NCBI GenBank assembly: GCA_903933915.1
Contig: CAIZLW010000108.1
Span: 2,747 to 66,746 of the forward strand
Source of the DNA: an uncultured beta proteobacterium
GTDB taxonomy: Bacteria > Pseudomonadota > Gammaproteobacteria > Burkholderiales > SG8-41
Direction: 5' to 3'
DNA length: 64,000 bases
This document shows, in pieces, positions 52,610 to 61,961 of the stretch. The position numbers and the translations under genes are program-made. Numbering within the stretch: position 1 is the first letter of the stretch; each line of letters begins with the position of its first letter. A model generated the notes under the pieces. That model saw nothing but the letters and a program-made list of their open reading frames with translations, did no database searches and was not told where the DNA came from.

Positions 52610-52738
52610 CCGAGCATCCCCTTTTGCAATGCCCCACTTGGCAAGGTAAATGGGGCCAATGTGCGCTTTTTTTACCGATCATCCGGGATAATCGCAAAAA
52701 CCATTCCCCAGATTCTGCACTTTGCGTTGGGTTTGAAG

Positions 52739-53938
52739 CTACCAGCCCTCATGCTCCGAAGTCGCACCAATCTTGTGGATCGACAGATCGGAACCGTTGA
52801 ATTCCTGCTCACGATCCAGGCGTATGCCTACCGTCGCCTTGAGCACGCCGTAGACGACAAAACCGCCGACCAGCGCAATCAGCACGCCGAGCCCGGTGCC
52901 GATCAGCTGCGCCGTCATGTTGACGCCGCCAAGGCCGCCCAGCGCCTTTGAACCGAAGATGCCGCAGGCAATGCCGCCCCAGGCGCCGCACAGGCCATGC
53001 AGCGGCCACACACCGAGCACGTCGTCGATCTTCAGCTTGTTCTGGGTCAGCGTGAACATATAGACAAACAGCCCGCCGGCAATGCCGCCGGTGGCCAGCG
53101 CGCCGGCCGGATGCATGACGTCGGAGCCGGCACAAACCGCGACCAGCCCGGCCAGCGGCCCGTTGTGCACAAAGCCCGGATCGTTGCGGCCCACCACCAG
53201 CGCGACCACGATACCGCCGGACATCGCCATCAGCGAATTGACCGCGACCAGGCCTGAAATCTTGTCGATGGTCTGCGCCGACATCACGTTGAAGCCGAAC
53301 CAGCCCACGGTGAGTATCCACGCGCCCAATGCAAGAAACGGGATGCTCGACGGCGGATGCGCCATCACGCCGCCTTCCTTCGGATAACGGCCAATGCGCG
53401 GTCCGAGCAAAATCACCGCACCCAGCGCCAGCCAGCCGCCGACGGCGTGCACCACCACCGAACCTGCGAAATCATGGAATTTGGCGCCGGTCGTCGCCTC
53501 GATCCACGGCTGAATGCCGTAGCGGTCGTTCCAGGCAATGCCTTCGAAGAAGGGATAGATGAAGCCGACGATCACCATCGTCGCAATCAGCTGCGGGTTG
53601 AATTTGGCGCGTTCGGCAATGCCGCCGGAAATGATCGCTGGCACCGCAGCGGCAAACGTCAGCAGAAAAAAGAACTTGGTGACTTCGAAGCCGCTTTTCT
53701 CGGCCAGTTGCTCTGCTCCGACCATGAACGACACGCCGTAGGCAACGCCGTAACCGATGAAAAAATACACAATCGTCGAGACCGCAAAATCGCTGAGAAT
53801 TTTGACCAGCGCATTGACCTGATTCTTGCGCCGCACCGTGCCCAATTCCAGAAACGCAAACCCCGAATGCATGGCCAGCACCATGATTGCGCCCAGCAGA
53901 ATAAACAGCGTGTCGGTACTGACTTTGACGGCTTCCAT
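52739..53938 (-). CDS. amtB: ammonium transporter
   Basis: A 399-aa, 11-TM protein with Amt/MEP motifs (FAGS.VVH..GG, GWFGFN, D...V..HG.CG.WG). Confidence 0.92.
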   Translation of the reverse strand: MEAVKVSTDTLFILLGAIMVLAMHSGFAFLELGTVRRKNQVNALVKILSDFAVSTIVYFFIGYGVAYGVSFMVGAEQLAEKSGFEVTKFFFLLTFAAAVPAIISGGIAERAKFNPQLIATMVIVGFIYPFFEGIAWNDRYGIQPWIEATTGAKFHDFAGSVVVHAVGGWLALGAVILLGPRIGRYPKEGGVMAHPPSSIPFLALGAWILTVGWFGFNVMSAQTIDKISGLVAVNSLMAMSGGIVVALVVGRNDPGFVHNGPLAGLVAVCAGSDVMHPAGALATGGIAGGLFVYMFTLTQNKLKIDDVLGVWPLHGLCGAWGGIACGIFGSKALGGLGGVNMTAQLIGTGLGVLIALVGGFVVYGVLKATVGIRLDREQEFNGSDLSIHKIGATSEHEGW

Positions 53939-54041
53939 TATTGTTCTCCCCCTGAAAATGACCGGCCAAGTTAAGCAATTACTGTTCTACATTTTAATCC
54001 TTTGTTTTTATTGAACATTATTCAGGCCACCCACCGTTGTT

Positions 54042-54088
54042 TGCACTTTAATAGTGCGTAGCGATGAATTAAGCACATTAATGGTGCA
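54042..54088. promoter_or_regulatory. two tandem NtrC-type binding sites upstream of amtB
   Basis: TGCACtttaatAGTGCg (54042-54058) and aGCACattaatGGTGCA (54072-54088) each fit TGCACY-N5-RGTGCA with 1-2 mismatches. Their centres are 30 bp apart (same helical face), 105-150 bp upstream of the amtB start. Confidence 0.5.
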
Positions 54089-54179
54089 AACAAATCCTGT
54101 GACATCAAAACCGCCCACGACCCGGCCCGCACTCGCAAAATCATCCGTAAATCATTGAATATTGGTATATTCCTGAGTC

Positions 54180-56003
54180 ATGGCTACCGTTCAACCTCTG
54201 CCACCCTCCCCGCCAGATCAAGGCGACCGTCCGTTAACGCTGGCCCAGGCCGTCGCCGACCTGATCGCCGACAACATGGTGCCGCGGGAAGAAGCCGAAA
54301 AGCTGGTCGCCAACCGCCGCTTCAGCAAGTCCGATGCACATCCCCTGGTCGTCATCGCCGACCAGAAATGGAAAGACCCGCGCAATCCGCGCAAGCTGCT
54401 GGGTCTGGAAACACTGACGCAATGGCTTGCCGACAAGTCGACGCTGCCCTATCTGCATATTGATCCGTTCAAGATCGACTTCACTGCGGTGACCAAGGTG
54501 ATGTCGAATGCCTACGCCGCGCGCTACAAAATCCTGCCGATCGCCGTCAACACGCGCGAGGCGACCATCGCCACCGCCGATCCCGGGGTGCGCAGCTGGG
54601 AAGCTTCGCTGAAACAGGTGCTGCGGCTGGACATCAAGCGGGTGGTCGCCAATCCGGTCGACATCCAGGGCTACATCGTCGAGTTCTACAACCTCGCCCG
54701 CTCGGTCAAAGGCGCCACCGACAAGGACAAGGGCAGTTCGGTCTCGGATATCGCCAACTTCGAGCAACTGGTGCAACTGGGGCGCAGCGGCCAGCTCGAC
54801 GCCAACGACCAGCACATCGTCCATATCTGCGACTGGCTGTTCAACTACGCCTTTGAACAGCGCGCCAGTGACATCCATATCGAACCGCGCCGCGAAGTCG
54901 GCAACGTGCGCTTCCGCATCGACGGCGCCCTGCACCTGGTCTACCAGATCCCGACGCCGGTGATGGCGGCGATGACCTCGCGCATCAAGATTCTCGGCCG
55001 CATGGACGTCGTCGAAAAACGCCGCCCGCAGGACGGCCGCCTTAAAACCATCACGCCCGACGGCGACGAAGTCGAACTGCGGCTGTCGACCATGCCCACC
55101 GCATTCGGCGAAAAGCTGGTGATGCGGATCTTCAGCCCGGAAAACCTGGTCAAGGATTACCGCGAACTCGGCTTTTCCGAGGAAGAAGAAAAAAAATGGG
55201 CACAGATCTCCGGCGCCCCGCACGGCATCATCCTCGTCACCGGCCCCACTGGCTCGGGCAAAACAACGACGCTGTACTCGACGCTGAAAAAGCTCGCCGC
55301 GCCCGACGTCAATGTCTGCACCATCGAAGACCCGATCGAGATGGTCGAGCCCAGCTTCAACCAGATGCAGGTGCAATCGGCGATCGGCGTCGACTTTGCT
55401 GCCGGCATCCGCACGCTGATGCGCCAGGATCCGGACATCGTCATGGTCGGCGAGATCCGCGATCTGGAGACCGCCGAAATGGCCATCCAGGCGGCGCTGA
55501 CCGGCCACCTGGTGCTGTCGACGCTGCATACCAATGATGCGCCGTCCGCGGTCACCCGCCTGCTTGACCTCGGCGTGCCGCCGTACCTGCTGCAGTCGAC
55601 GCTGCTCGGCGTGATGGCGCAGCGCCTGGTGCGCACGTTATGCCCGCACTGCAAGGAAAAGCACGACTACGACGATGATGTATGGAATGCACTCGTCGCG
55701 CCGTGGAAAGCCGCCAACCCGAAAGGCAAGACCTATATCAACAAGGGCTGCCTCGAATGCCGGATGACCGGCTACCTGGGCCGCATCGGCATTTATGAAA
55801 TGATGGTGATGAGCCCGGCGCTGCGTGAGAATCTGGTCGTATCCGCAGACCTCGAAGTCATGCGCGAAGCGGCGTTCAAGGACGGCATGAAACCGCTGCG
55901 CATCAGCGGCGCGCAGAAAATTGCCGCCGGCCTGACCACCATCGATGAAATCATGAAAGTCGCGCCACCGCCGTCCGGCGACCGCCGCAAGCTGCCGCGA
56001 TAA
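54180..56003 (+). CDS. GspE/PulE/PilB-family secretion ATPase (orphan)
   Basis: A T2SSE N-terminal domain, Walker A GPTGSGKTT, Asp box, Walker B DPDIVMVGEIRD, His box STLHTN and a tetracysteine motif CPHC...CLEC. Confidence 0.88.
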   Translation: MATVQPLPPSPPDQGDRPLTLAQAVADLIADNMVPREEAEKLVANRRFSKSDAHPLVVIADQKWKDPRNPRKLLGLETLTQWLADKSTLPYLHIDPFKIDFTAVTKVMSNAYAARYKILPIAVNTREATIATADPGVRSWEASLKQVLRLDIKRVVANPVDIQGYIVEFYNLARSVKGATDKDKGSSVSDIANFEQLVQLGRSGQLDANDQHIVHICDWLFNYAFEQRASDIHIEPRREVGNVRFRIDGALHLVYQIPTPVMAAMTSRIKILGRMDVVEKRRPQDGRLKTITPDGDEVELRLSTMPTAFGEKLVMRIFSPENLVKDYRELGFSEEEEKKWAQISGAPHGIILVTGPTGSGKTTTLYSTLKKLAAPDVNVCTIEDPIEMVEPSFNQMQVQSAIGVDFAAGIRTLMRQDPDIVMVGEIRDLETAEMAIQAALTGHLVLSTLHTNDAPSAVTRLLDLGVPPYLLQSTLLGVMAQRLVRTLCPHCKEKHDYDDDVWNALVAPWKAANPKGKTYINKGCLECRMTGYLGRIGIYEMMVMSPALRENLVVSADLEVMREAAFKDGMKPLRISGAQKIAAGLTTIDEIMKVAPPPSGDRRKLPR

Positions 56004-56156
56004 CCGGCACCGCAAGTACCGGGTCGCCGCAAGGGCTCGCCCGCAGTGTTCTGCGCGGCATGATTACGGCCTGCACGAAAACACAACTCGGGTTAACATG
56101 CGGCCGTTTGAGACTTTTTCACCGCACTTTCCAATGCCGTATCCAGGGAGACCGCA

Positions 56157-56963
56157 ATGAACATACAGAACATCATGGACACCATCACCACCACGCTGAC
56201 CGCACTCGGACTGAAGATCCTCGGCGCGATCGCCGTCTGGATCATCGGCCGCTGGCTGATTGGCGTTGCCGTACGGCTGGTGTCCGTCGCGCTGACCAAA
56301 CAAAAGGTTGACCCGACGCTGCTGCGCTACATCGGCAACATCGTCAGCGTCGCGCTGAACATCGTCCTCGTCGTCGCCATCCTCGGTTACTTCGGCGTCG
56401 AAACCACGTCGTTCGCCGCACTGGTTGCCGCGATGGGCATCGCCATCGGCGCCGCCTGGGGCGGACTGCTGTCGAACTTTGCCGCCGGCGCGTTCCTGAT
56501 CACGCTGCGGCCGTTCAAGGTCGGTGACTACATCAAGGCCGGCGGCGTTGAAGGCACGGTGATGGAAATCGGCCTTTTCGGCACCACCATCAACAGCCCG
56601 GACAACGTGCACAACATCGTCGGCAACAACAAGATCTTCTCCGACAATATCCAGAACTATTCAACCAACCCGTACCGCCGCGTCGACCGCTCCGCGCAAC
56701 TCGCGCACGGCGTCAACGTGCACGATGCCATCAAGCGGCTGAAGGAATCGCTGGCGCGCATCCCCAACGTGATCACCACCCCCGCGCCCGATGTCGAAGT
56801 CATCGACTTCACGCCGCTGGGCCCGGTGCTGGCGGTGCGTCCGTACACCCACACCAGTCACTACTGGCAGGTCTACTTCGACACCAACAAGGCGATCACC
56901 GACACCTTCGGCGCAGCCGCCTATCCGGTACCGGAAGCGCATTACCACATCAATCGCGGATGA
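56157..56963 (+). CDS. small-conductance mechanosensitive channel (MscS family)
   Basis: Three N-terminal TM helices, then RPF.VGD.I...G..G.V..I....T. Confidence 0.85.
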   Translation: MNIQNIMDTITTTLTALGLKILGAIAVWIIGRWLIGVAVRLVSVALTKQKVDPTLLRYIGNIVSVALNIVLVVAILGYFGVETTSFAALVAAMGIAIGAAWGGLLSNFAAGAFLITLRPFKVGDYIKAGGVEGTVMEIGLFGTTINSPDNVHNIVGNNKIFSDNIQNYSTNPYRRVDRSAQLAHGVNVHDAIKRLKESLARIPNVITTPAPDVEVIDFTPLGPVLAVRPYTHTSHYWQVYFDTNKAITDTFGAAAYPVPEAHYHINRG

Positions 56964-56970
56964 CCCGGCG

Positions 56971-57396
56971 ATGAGTCGGTTGCTGCTTGCAATCGCGGCA
57001 GGCGCGCTGATCGCCAGTTGCGCGCAGACGCAGGGTTCGCAGGCGCGACTCATCGAGACCTACTGGAAAGCCGTTGAACTCGAAAGCAAACCGGTCGAAG
57101 TCAAAGCCGGCGCCCGCGAGCCCCATCTCGTGCTGCGCGCCGAAAACAGCTTCGCCAACGGATATTCGGGTTGCAATACTTTCCGCGGCGGATATGAACT
57201 GGAGGGCAGCAAACTGCGCTTCAAGGCACTGGCGACGACCCGGATGGCCTGCCTGTCCGACGGAAGCGATGTGGAAACCCGCTTCCACGCCGCGCTTAAC
57301 GCGACCGCCGAACAACGCGTCGCCGGAGAAACCCTCGAACTGCGCGACCAGGACGGCAAGGTCCGCGCGCGTTTCGAATCACGCTACATGAAGTAA
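56971..57396 (+). CDS. META-domain (HslJ-like) lipoprotein
   Basis: The ATG at 56971, the lipobox LIASC, and W.......P.....R.P.L........G..GCN...G.Y.....L.F....TRMAC. Confidence 0.75.
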   Translation: MSRLLLAIAAGALIASCAQTQGSQARLIETYWKAVELESKPVEVKAGAREPHLVLRAENSFANGYSGCNTFRGGYELEGSKLRFKALATTRMACLSDGSDVETRFHAALNATAEQRVAGETLELRDQDGKVRARFESRYMK

Positions 57397-57405
57397 TTTA
57401 CTGAA

Positions 57406-57446
57406 GTAATGAACAGCAGCCGCAGCAAGCGGCTGCTGTTCATTAC
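57406..57446. terminator. strong bidirectional hairpin terminator
   Basis: An 18-bp perfect stem, gtaatgaacagcagccgc-agcaa-gcggctgctgttcattac, lies between convergent genes. Confidence 0.7.
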
Positions 57447-57452
57447 GCACGG

Positions 57453-57540
57453 CTCATTTTGCGCGACTCATTTTGCGCGACTCATTTCGCGCGACTCATT
57501 TCGCGCGACTCATTTCGCGCGACTCATTTCGCGCGACTCA
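57453..57540. repeat. 14-bp direct tandem repeat, 6 full copies plus a 4-nt partial
   Basis: ctcattttgcgcga x2 then ctcatttcgcgcga x4 then ctca. The last unit contains the final codons and TGA stop of the minus-strand VWA gene (AGT CGC GCG AAA TGA). Confidence 0.9.
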
Positions 57541-58726
57541 GCAGCCGCATGCCGCGCTCGAGGCCGTCGAGCGTCAGCGGAAACATGCGTCCACCCATCA
57601 GCTCGCGGGTGATGCCAATCGACTCGTGGTAATTCCACACCGCTTCGGGTTGCGGATTAAGCCAGATCGCATTCGCATACACATCCAGCGCGCGCTGCAG
57701 CCACAGCGCGCCGGGCTCCTCATTGCTGTGTTCGACGCTGCCGCCGGGATAGGTGATCTCATACGGGCTCATCGTCGCATCACCAATAAATATCACTTTG
57801 TAATCATGTGGATACGTATGGAATACATCCCAGGTCGCGATGCGCTCGGTGGCGCGGCGACGATTGTCCTTCCATACCCGCTCGTATAAAAAATTGTGGA
57901 AGTAGAAATATTCCAGATGCTTGAACTCGGTGCGCGTCGCCGAAAACAACTGCTCACAGACGCGGATGTGGTCATCCATTGAGCCGCCGATGTCGAAGAA
58001 CAGCAGCACCTTAACTGCGTTGTGCCGCTCCGGCACCATTTTCAGATCTAGCCAGCCGGCGTTTTTCGCGGTCGAACGGATGGTGTCGTCCATGTCCAGC
58101 ACTTCGGGTGCACCGGTGCGCGCGAACTTGCGCAGCTTGCGTAACGCCACCTTGATGTTGCGCGTGCCGAGTTCGACCTGGTCATCCAGATTCCTGAACT
58201 CGCGCTGGTCCCACACCTTCACCGCGCGGCGGTTGCGCGATTCGTGCTGGCCGATGCGGATACCTTCCGGGTTGTAGCCGTAGGCGCCAAACGGGCTGGT
58301 GCCGCCCGTGCCGATCCACTTGCTGCCGCCCTGATGTCGGCCCTTCTGTTCTTCGAGACGTTTTTTCAGCGTCTCCATCAGCTGCTCCCAGCCGCCCAGC
58401 GACTCGATCAGCTTCTTTTCCTCATCAGTAAGATTCTTTTCAACCAGCTTGCGCAGCCAGTCCTCGGGAATCACCGCCGCTGCGGCATCAATGCCGACCA
58501 CGCCCTTGAAGTAGGCTGCGAACACCAGGTCGTAACGGTCGAAGAATTTTTCATCCTTGACCAGGCAAGTGCGCGCCAGGTGATAGAACTCCTCGACGCT
58601 GCCGAAGGCGACCTGTTTCTCCAATGCCTGAATCAGCATCAGGAATTCCTTGATCGACGCCGGAATGCCGCCCTGGCGCAGCTTGAGGAAAAATTCGATT
58701 AGCAATGCTGTCTCCGCAACAAGCAC
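57524..58726 (-). CDS. VWA-domain protein, CoxE-like
   Basis: A 400-aa ORF with the conserved N-terminus FF..LR..G.P.S..E.......L and a C-terminal VWA fold with MIDAS-like D.GGSM. Confidence 0.8.
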   Translation of the reverse strand: MLVAETALLIEFFLKLRQGGIPASIKEFLMLIQALEKQVAFGSVEEFYHLARTCLVKDEKFFDRYDLVFAAYFKGVVGIDAAAAVIPEDWLRKLVEKNLTDEEKKLIESLGGWEQLMETLKKRLEEQKGRHQGGSKWIGTGGTSPFGAYGYNPEGIRIGQHESRNRRAVKVWDQREFRNLDDQVELGTRNIKVALRKLRKFARTGAPEVLDMDDTIRSTAKNAGWLDLKMVPERHNAVKVLLFFDIGGSMDDHIRVCEQLFSATRTEFKHLEYFYFHNFLYERVWKDNRRRATERIATWDVFHTYPHDYKVIFIGDATMSPYEITYPGGSVEHSNEEPGALWLQRALDVYANAIWLNPQPEAVWNYHESIGITRELMGGRMFPLTLDGLERGMRLLSRAK

Positions 58727-58731
58727 ATGGC

Positions 58732-59451
58732 TCAGGCCTTCGTCGAAACCACAGTAGGCGGCGACATCGACTTTTTGTCGATCACCAGCATGCTGTCGTA
58801 GTAATGCATCGCATACGCCGAGCGCGTGAAATCATCCACTGCAAATTCTGCCGGACCTTTGGCATGCCAGGCGTTCAACTGATCGATCAGCGCCTTGCTG
58901 TATTCGACGAACGTTCCGGGCTTGCGGTAAGCGCCGTCGAACTCCGCCCAATACGAGGTGTGCATGTCTTCGCACAGATAAATCCCGTCGTCGGCGACCA
59001 TCGAATACAGCTCCTCGAAGGTCGCGATCTGCTGGTGCATGTGGTGGCCGCCGTCGTCGATCAGGATATCGACCTGCCCGATTTCCTGGCGCAGCCGCTT
59101 GAGAAAATCGCGGTCACCCTGGTCGCCGATGATGATCGTGGTGTCGGGCGCGGCAAAAGCACTGCAGCGCGCATCGACATCGACACCATAGATACGCGTG
59201 CCCGGCCCAAAATAGTCGCGCCACATGTCGAGTGAGCCGCCATCAAACACGCCGATCTCCAGCACCACCGGCGAGCGGCCGCGGTAACGGGAAAAATGGC
59301 GGTGATAGACCTCAAGGTAATGCAGCAGCTTCACCAGCCGCCGGCCGCGGCGTTTGGCAAACCAGTAGACCAGCGGGTTGTCCTCCACCGCCTCGGGCGA
59401 CGGCACGGCCGCGGGACGGCGAAACAAACCCTTGAGCAGATCCAGCAGCAT
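58732..59451 (-). CDS. class I SAM-dependent methyltransferase
   Basis: Contains VLEIGVFDGGSLDMWRDYFG (motif I), IYGVDVD, IIGDQGD and ILIDDGGH. It is tightly packed between the MoxR and VWA genes, with gaps of 9 and 5 nt. Confidence 0.75.
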   Translation of the reverse strand: MLLDLLKGLFRRPAAVPSPEAVEDNPLVYWFAKRRGRRLVKLLHYLEVYHRHFSRYRGRSPVVLEIGVFDGGSLDMWRDYFGPGTRIYGVDVDARCSAFAAPDTTIIIGDQGDRDFLKRLRQEIGQVDILIDDGGHHMHQQIATFEELYSMVADDGIYLCEDMHTSYWAEFDGAYRKPGTFVEYSKALIDQLNAWHAKGPAEFAVDDFTRSAYAMHYYDSMLVIDKKSMSPPTVVSTKA

Positions 59452-59460
59452 CGAGCAGGC

Positions 59461-60306
59461 CTATTTCTGGCGCCGCGACATGAACACCAGCCGCTCGAAC
59501 AGATGCACGTCCTGCTCGTTCTTGATCAGCGCGCCATGCAGCGGCGGCACGATCTTGTGCGTGTCCTGGCTGTGCAGCGCTTCCGGCGGAATGTCTTCCG
59601 CCATCAGCAATTTCAGCCAGTCGAGCAATTCGGAAGTCGTCGGCTTTTTCTTCAGGCCCGGCACATCGCGGATTTCGAAAAAGGCGTTGAGCGCCTGCGA
59701 CAGCAGTTGCTTCTTGATGCCGGGGAAGTGCACCTCGACAATTTGCGCCATGGTGTTGGCATCGGGGAAGCGAATGTAGTGAAAGAAGCAGCGGCGCAGG
59801 AACGCATCGGGCAGTTCCTTTTCGTTGTTGCTGGTGATGATCACCAGCGGGCGGTGTTTGGCCTTGATCAACTGTTGCGTCTCGTAGACATAGAACTCCA
59901 TGCGATCGAGTTCGCGCAGCAGATCGTTCGGAAATTCGATGTCGGCCTTGTCCACCTCGTCGATCAGCAGCACTGCCGGCTCGTCGGCTGTAAACGCTTT
60001 CCACAACATGCCCTGCACGATGTAGTTGCCGATGTCCTTGACCTTGGGGTCGCCGAGCTGCGAATCGCGCAGCCGCGATACGGCGTCGTATTCATACAGG
60101 CCGTTCTGCGCCTTGGTCGTCGACTTGACATGCCATTCATACAACGGGCGCTTTAAGGCTTTCGCCACTTCCAGCGCGAGCATGGTCTTGCCGGTGCCGG
60201 GTTCGCCCTTGATCAGCAACGGGCGCTCCAGCGCCAGCGCGGCGTTGACCGCCATCATCAGGTCGTCGGTGGCGACGTAGTTTTCGGTACCGGTAAAACG
60301 TGACAT
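59461..60306 (-). CDS. MoxR-type AAA+ ATPase (CoxD-like)
   Basis: Walker A GEPGTGKT, Walker B LLIDEVDKA, TSN sensor-1 and a short 281-aa single AAA module. Confidence 0.88.
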   Translation of the reverse strand: MSRFTGTENYVATDDLMMAVNAALALERPLLIKGEPGTGKTMLALEVAKALKRPLYEWHVKSTTKAQNGLYEYDAVSRLRDSQLGDPKVKDIGNYIVQGMLWKAFTADEPAVLLIDEVDKADIEFPNDLLRELDRMEFYVYETQQLIKAKHRPLVIITSNNEKELPDAFLRRCFFHYIRFPDANTMAQIVEVHFPGIKKQLLSQALNAFFEIRDVPGLKKKPTTSELLDWLKLLMAEDIPPEALHSQDTHKIVPPLHGALIKNEQDVHLFERLVFMSRRQK

Positions 60307-60314
60307 AATTTTCC

Positions 60315-60333
60315 TTTAAAAACAAATACTTAT
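60315..60333 (+). repeat. AT-rich 19-nt motif TTTAAAAACAAWTACYTAT, copy D
   Basis: tttaaaaacaaatacttat lies 8 nt from the start codon of the minus-strand MoxR gene, in the same geometry as copy A. Confidence 0.7.
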
Positions 60334-60399
60334 ATAAATTCGTTGGTCCCACGTCCTTCGGCAAGCTCAGGACAGGCTTGTCGAAAGACGCGCTTCAGA

Positions 60400-60993
60400 T
60401 CAAGCCGAGCGCGCGAGGTCATCGCGGCGGTCGATATCGAGCAACACACCGGGGTCATCGCCATCGACCAGCTTCACCAGCGCCTGGTTGCGCTGCACGA
60501 TGGCGCGCGCGCCGCTGTCGCCGCCCAGCAACTGCAGCTCGTGCAGAAACCGGCGGCCGAACGCGACCGGATGGCCGCGGTCGCCCTGATACGCCGGCGC
60601 CACGATGTCGGCGCCCGCCATCAGCACCCGCGCCACGCGGGCAATGGTATCGGGACGGATACGCGGCATGTCGGCCAGAGCAACAATCCACCCCGCCGCG
60701 TCATGCGTCATGCGCACGCCATGGGAGAGACTGACGCCCATGCCCAGCGCCGCATCGCTGCAGACGGTGACGCTGCAGCCTTCCTGCTCCAGCAGTTCGC
60801 GCAACGGAAAATCGCCGGGCCGGATCACCGCGGTCACCTCCAGTCCGGCGGCGATCAGGTTGCGCGCGGCATGCGCGGCAATCGCAACGCCGTCGTCGAG
60901 CGGATGCAGCAGCTTGCCGCCGCCGAAGCGCGAACCCGCGCCGGCGGCCAGCAATATCGCCATCGGAAGTTTTTCTGAACCGGCCATGCCCAT
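60400..60993 (-). CDS. MobA/MocA-like nucleotidyltransferase (molybdenum cofactor cytidylyltransferase-like)
   Basis: Contains AILLAAGAGSRFGG.KLL and ADMP.I. The true start may be the internal Met (MAILLAAG). Confidence 0.75.
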   Translation of the reverse strand: MGMAGSEKLPMAILLAAGAGSRFGGGKLLHPLDDGVAIAAHAARNLIAAGLEVTAVIRPGDFPLRELLEQEGCSVTVCSDAALGMGVSLSHGVRMTHDAAGWIVALADMPRIRPDTIARVARVLMAGADIVAPAYQGDRGHPVAFGRRFLHELQLLGGDSGARAIVQRNQALVKLVDGDDPGVLLDIDRRDDLARSA

Positions 60994-61055
60994 GATTATA
61001 ATGGCCCATCCCCGCTGTCAGCGGTCCGCGTCCACACTATCCATCCGGTCCAGCC

Positions 61056-61841
<786 letters not shown>

Positions 61842-61961
61842 TATCGGCGGCTTGACGCGCCGGGGGCTACCCCACACAATCATCGAGCAGATCGTCAGTA
61901 ACGACTGGGCCCAATAAAAACCAAACGGGCCCGCCCTGGAACACAACCAGTAGGAGGAGTC

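Noticed and set aside
53939-54041. A sigma-54 (-24/-12) promoter for amtB.
   Set aside because: I scanned the minus strand by eye for GG-N10-GC. The only near match (TGGCCGGTCATTTTCA) has TC at -12 and would place the transcription start inside or after the ribosome-binding site.
57453-57540. A CRISPR-like array.
   Set aside because: The 14-bp units are directly abutting with no spacers, and there are no cas genes in the window. It is a simple tandem repeat.
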